Below are positions 24,901-27,333 of a stretch of 27,333 nucleotides of DNA, one piece after another. The notes below the pieces were generated by a model, which was not told the origin of the DNA, did not search any database, and worked only from the letters and a program-made list of their open reading frames with translations. Each line of letters opens with the position of its first letter. The first letter of the stretch is position 1. The stretch lies in NCBI GenBank assembly GCA_046593615.1, contig JBKJNL010000120.1:1-27333 (forward strand), in the 5' to 3' direction. Source of the DNA: Myxococcota bacterium (GTDB lineage: Bacteria; Myxococcota; UBA727; VGSZ01). The position numbers and the translations under genes were made by a program.

Positions 24901-25051
24901 GCCCGACGAGCGGGCCACCGTGAATGCCATTGCCCTGGCCATCGCGCTGCGCAGCGCCGCCACCCCGGCCACCGACGTCGACGACAATGCCATCGTCGAC
25001 ATCCTCGACCTCGACCAGGCGATCGCCGCCGCCATCGAGAAGGAAAACTGA
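21938..25051 (+). CDS. Secreted multidomain GH13 alpha-amylase family enzyme with Gly-Glu linker, TSP3 repeats and a C-terminal dockerin-like Ca loop
   Basis: Likely start ATG 21938 (signal peptide ending ALRA). GH13 regions I-IV intact: DVVMNH (22313), GFRLDAIKH (23036), GEDF (23201), QSHD (Asp at 23420). VGFAVYDRFDLG...RYGT resembles GH13_5 amylases. TSP3 pattern DSDGVNNGDDVCP...DFDEDGVGDACD; DVDDNAIVDILDL at 24974-25012. Confidence 0.92.
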   Translation: MLPPSVVATPLFARAQTLLCALVIACAFGGAPALRAEVILQYFETSWSEVEARVPEIKAAGYDALWLPPPTKGTEGVRDVGFAVYDRFDLGDRDQRGTTATRYGTHAELQALVETAHRFGLRVYFDVVMNHHGNPQTIENVGVTEADIGGMAELGGAAGFPGTSVWDFHVLPARVPGDGRCPDDNNASGCEFCARQPAEASANDVFGGLQWRVANDNAGSGAEVCIRRDGGELRVASLTIAEAMADSGAPSSLPGYFAGYTHVVRAPRMDDFADFGFEVTNWSLLGLHDLATEQYANGDGPLANDGDNAVVGTALPRFTRNDRDALDRSTYRFGDGVGGAATPHAEDTRQWLIRWIRWLMMDTGADGFRLDAIKHVWPSFYGEDFPDDPIAFNKVIQDTYDELHAFTDVDDFDLVDDAAIFGEDFTGSCDALRPYIVGGQRALDFPLFFNIGGRSGLFSGDIGQLSEKAPPGCPGIGAFGGLNRLSGIGFVQSHDECGAPGGAFAASNRDPRFSRCEVDGGYRSGATDLSHAFVLTRDADSAVFYDGNNWTSDSFVRSGRADALGETFSGSAQLELVTTVRAARRIARGTMDNLWVGDNAWAYERDVAGPAGAKLAAGLVVLNDGQGGDVGFGDDANQGSFIVTRFPPGTFLEDISGNGQFAASLTVLDPDLLPVAEQPEVSEARRRFSVVNDGASTAGLGVVFAGVPARSWVMFAPPAFAAGSEVTLELKDIPLASLSPGVHALHVRFVRAVDGAADAHDELVLSLCVPLAGDASLCGPVASGAGGVSVPAGDPIASGTVALLVDGTVPERRSVETAPGRLLPDNAPVARAVEHLVVVDGDALDVVVNTAALRAPTLVAIRLDDDAELVPGTPIRASAERFVDGFVRLRLPGEPGEGEGEGEGEAGEGEGEAVGEGEGEGAEGEGEGEGEVDPDGDDDSDGVNNGDDVCPLVRDADQQDFDEDGVGDACDRCPDVIGSDVTGCPALSPDERATVNAIALAIALRSAATPATDVDDNAIVDILDLDQAIAAAIEKEN

Positions 25052-25053
25052 TC

Positions 25054-25515
25054 ATGCTGGTCCTGCGCGCTCTCTTGCTTGGCGGGCTCTGGTCCGGGGG
25101 CCTGCTCTCCTTGGGCTCGTGCTCGTGCGACCCGCCGCCGGTTCCGCCGCCCGCGGTCACTGCCGCTGGCAGCGTGCGCGTCGACGCTGGCGCCGACACC
25201 GGCGCGGTCAGCGTCGTGCTGGTCGGCCTCGATCAGCCGCTGCGCGCGTTTCAGGTCGACGTCGACGTCGCCGGCGGCAACGCGCTGGCGGCCCTCGGCG
25301 TCGGGCCCGACATCGTCGAAGCCGGCCTTGCGCCCGAAGACGGCGGCCCGAAGAACCGCTTCACGCTCGTCGTCTCCGACACGCGCCGGCTGCCGCTGAA
25401 CAACGGCGTCGTCGGCCGCCTGGCCATCGACAACGGCGCGACCGTCACGCTGACAAAGGCGTTTGGCATCGACCAGCAGGGCCAGAAGCGCCCGCTCACC
25501 GTGGTGGCCCCGTGA
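25054..25515 (+). CDS. Small lipoprotein with a cohesin-like beta-sandwich
   Basis: Start moved to ATG 25054, 2 nt after the amylase stop, with AGAAGGA upstream; lipobox LGSC, Pro linker. VSVVLVGLDQPLRAFQVDVDV, FTLVVSD...LNNGVVGRLAI and VTLTKAFGIDQQG follow the cohesin strand pattern. The ORF is solid; the cohesin call is by eye. Confidence 0.62.
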   Translation: MLVLRALLLGGLWSGGLLSLGSCSCDPPPVPPPAVTAAGSVRVDAGADTGAVSVVLVGLDQPLRAFQVDVDVAGGNALAALGVGPDIVEAGLAPEDGGPKNRFTLVVSDTRRLPLNNGVVGRLAIDNGATVTLTKAFGIDQQGQKRPLTVVAP

Positions 25516-27333
25516 AGCGCGCGCAACGACAGCTCCAGATCCTCGCGGCTTTTGTCGTCGTCACGGCGCTGGTGCCGGCGTGCGGGCCGGCCTGCGGCGT
25601 CGGCGACTTCGTGCCCACGCCCGAAGCCGAAGCCGTCATCACCGGCACGGTCACCGACGTCCCCGAGGCGCTGCGCGCACGGGCCTCGGGCCGCACGCTG
25701 ACGGCGCGGGCGGTCTCGGTCGATGGCGCCGTGCTCGCCGAGGTGCAGACCGGCATCGACGAGAGCTTCACGCTGGCGCTGGGCAAGGGCCTCGATCACT
25801 TCAACGTCCGCGTCGTCGTCGAAGGCGGCTCGTTCGTGGCCAAGGACTTCGTCGCCGAGGCCGCCGCCGGCTCGAGCGTGACCCGCGACGACATGGGCGT
25901 GGCCTCGACGGCCGCGGCCCAGGTGGTCGAGCGCTACGCGGTGCGCGAGCGCCAGTCGTTGGCGTCGACCCCCACCGGCACCCTGCAGGCCGTGCTCGAC
26001 AACGCCCGCGGCCGCGGCGCCGGGGGCGACGACAGCGCCGTCGTCGCCTTTCGCGCCCTCGTCGGCGACGTCTTTGCCGTGCTCGATCCGGCCGGTGGCG
26101 AGCCGGGCTTCGATCGCACCTCGTCCGACGCCAACGACGACGTCCTCGCCGTAGCCGGCGTCGACGCCGCCGACTACGACGCCGCCCTCGAAGCCGCCGT
26201 CGACGCGGCCCTGGTGCCCATCGTCTGCGACCCGAGCCAGGTGAATGTGTTGTTCGCCGTCGACGCCAGCGGGCAGGGCAAGGACGGCAATGGCGCGGCC
26301 CAGTTCATCCGCCAGGCCCCCAAGGAGGGAAAGGTCTTTCTCGGCATCACCCTCGACACGTCGTCGCCAGTGCCGGACTCGGCCGGTGCGCTGCGTCCGC
26401 GCCTGACGCCCAACGATCCCCAGACCGAGATGTTCGACGACGGCGGCGCCCCCTCAGGCAGTGGAGACGAGGTGGCCGGCGATGGGATTTTTTCGACGGT
26501 GCTCGGCCTGCCGCGCGGGATGCGCGTGCTCTACAAATACACAGACGGCTCGCCCAACGAGGGCTTCACCAGCACCGAGGAATGGCCCGGTAACGCCCGC
26601 ATCCTGCAGGTCGACGATGTTCTGACGTCGTCGCAGTCGGGGCAGCCCGATTGCCTGGTCATCCGCCGCGACTCGTTTGGTGACGAGAGCAGCAACAAGA
26701 ATTTCGTGAACCTCAACGCCCGGCTCGGCGGTGGTGCCCTCGGCTACGACGACGACCTCGGCGGCGGCGCGCTCACGCCCGTGTCGGCCGACGACGCTGC
26801 CGCGGGCCTGCTGCCCAACGCCGGCCTCGCCGTCGGCGATGTGCGCACCGAGGCGCCGCTGACGCCGGCCGGCATCGCCGAGGCCCGCGAAAACGGCGTG
26901 TGCACGGTGTGCCCGGCGCCGCTGACGGTGTCGGCCGACGACGACGACGCGCCCCGGCTGGTGGCCGCGCAGTTCGTCGGCGTCGATGAGACGCGCGTGG
27001 TGTTCTCGGAAGATGTCGACGTGCAGAGCGCCGGGCTCGCGAGCAATTTCCTGCTCGTCAACGCCGACAACGACGCCGTGCGCGTGCTCGCGGTGCAGGT
27101 CATCGGTGCCCAGGTGGTGCTCACCCACGAGCGCGTGGACCCGCGCGTCGCCCACCGGGTGTCGGTCAAGGGCGTCACCGACGCCTCGCTGCAGCAGAAT
27201 CCGATCGCCGAGCGCTCGTCGGTGCCGGTCGGTCCCGACCGCACGCCGCCGACCGTGGTCTCGGTGCGCGGCGGCTCGATCGTCGAGGTCAACCCCGCTT
27301 CGCGCCCCGGCGACGCCGTCACCGGCGAGGTCT
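25512..27333 (+). CDS. Large probable lipoprotein with a choice-of-anchor X/CBM-like module and Ig-like domains (3' end beyond window)
   Basis: Not in the ORF track; translated by hand from GTG 25512 (GTGA overlap) with no stop to the edge, over 600 aa. MKRAQRQLQILAAFVVVTALVPAC; MFDDGG...GDEVAGDGIFSTVLGLPRGMRVLYKYTDG...EEWPGNARILQV from 26430; PRLVAAQFVGVDETRVVFSEDVD...SNFLL and DRTPPTVVSV Ig-like (SbsA/Big_5-type) starts. Confidence 0.8.
   Translation, partial: MKRAQRQLQILAAFVVVTALVPACGPACGVGDFVPTPEAEAVITGTVTDVPEALRARASGRTLTARAVSVDGAVLAEVQTGIDESFTLALGKGLDHFNVRVVVEGGSFVAKDFVAEAAAGSSVTRDDMGVASTAAAQVVERYAVRERQSLASTPTGTLQAVLDNARGRGAGGDDSAVVAFRALVGDVFAVLDPAGGEPGFDRTSSDANDDVLAVAGVDAADYDAALEAAVDAALVPIVCDPSQVNVLFAVDASGQGKDGNGAAQFIRQAPKEGKVFLGITLDTSSPVPDSAGALRPRLTPNDPQTEMFDDGGAPSGSGDEVAGDGIFSTVLGLPRGMRVLYKYTDGSPNEGFTSTEEWPGNARILQVDDVLTSSQSGQPDCLVIRRDSFGDESSNKNFVNLNARLGGGALGYDDDLGGGALTPVSADDAAAGLLPNAGLAVGDVRTEAPLTPAGIAEARENGVCTVCPAPLTVSADDDDAPRLVAAQFVGVDETRVVFSEDVDVQSAGLASNFLLVNADNDAVRVLAVQVIGAQVVLTHERVDPRVAHRVSVKGVTDASLQQNPIAERSSVPVGPDRTPPTVVSVRGGSIVEVNPASRPGDAVTGEV

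Noticed and set aside
1-27333. Mobile elements, prophage, tRNA/rRNA, anti-phage defence genes
   Set aside because: No transposase, integrase, terminal repeats, structural RNA patterns or defence-family motifs recognised; composition looks uniform apart from 16531-16607.

Overview
GC-rich (roughly 70% by eye) chromosomal window. MYXO-CTERM, myxobacterial Cys-rich repeats, a PEGA Ser/Thr kinase and Gly-Glu linkers suggest a Myxococcota-like deltaproteobacterium (inference). Left end: start of the dcw cluster on the minus strand (mraZ-rsmH-ftsL-ftsI-murE partial) with a sigma70-type promoter and MraZ-box repeats, and a divergent outer-membrane beta-barrel gene. Middle: envelope and signalling genes (two TPR-like/TM protein + lipoprotein pairs, tam, Crp/Fnr regulator, PEGA Ser/Thr kinase), a DHA2 efflux pump with an unusually long loop, a lipoprotein resembling Streptomyces dispase autolysis-inducing protein (DAIP), a Cys-to-Asp MurA, a lipocalin and a HEAT-repeat protein. 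Right end: a MYXO-CTERM surface protein divergent from a tightly coupled operon. That operon encodes a secreted GH13 alpha-amylase ending in a dockerin-like Ca loop, a small cohesin-like lipoprotein, and a large probable lipoprotein with a choice-of-anchor X/CBM-like module and Ig-like domains (cut off by the window edge). This candidate amylosome-like surface complex is the most interesting item. No tRNA, rRNA, CRISPR array or mobile element was recognised. All family calls are from motif recognition by eye; no searches were run.
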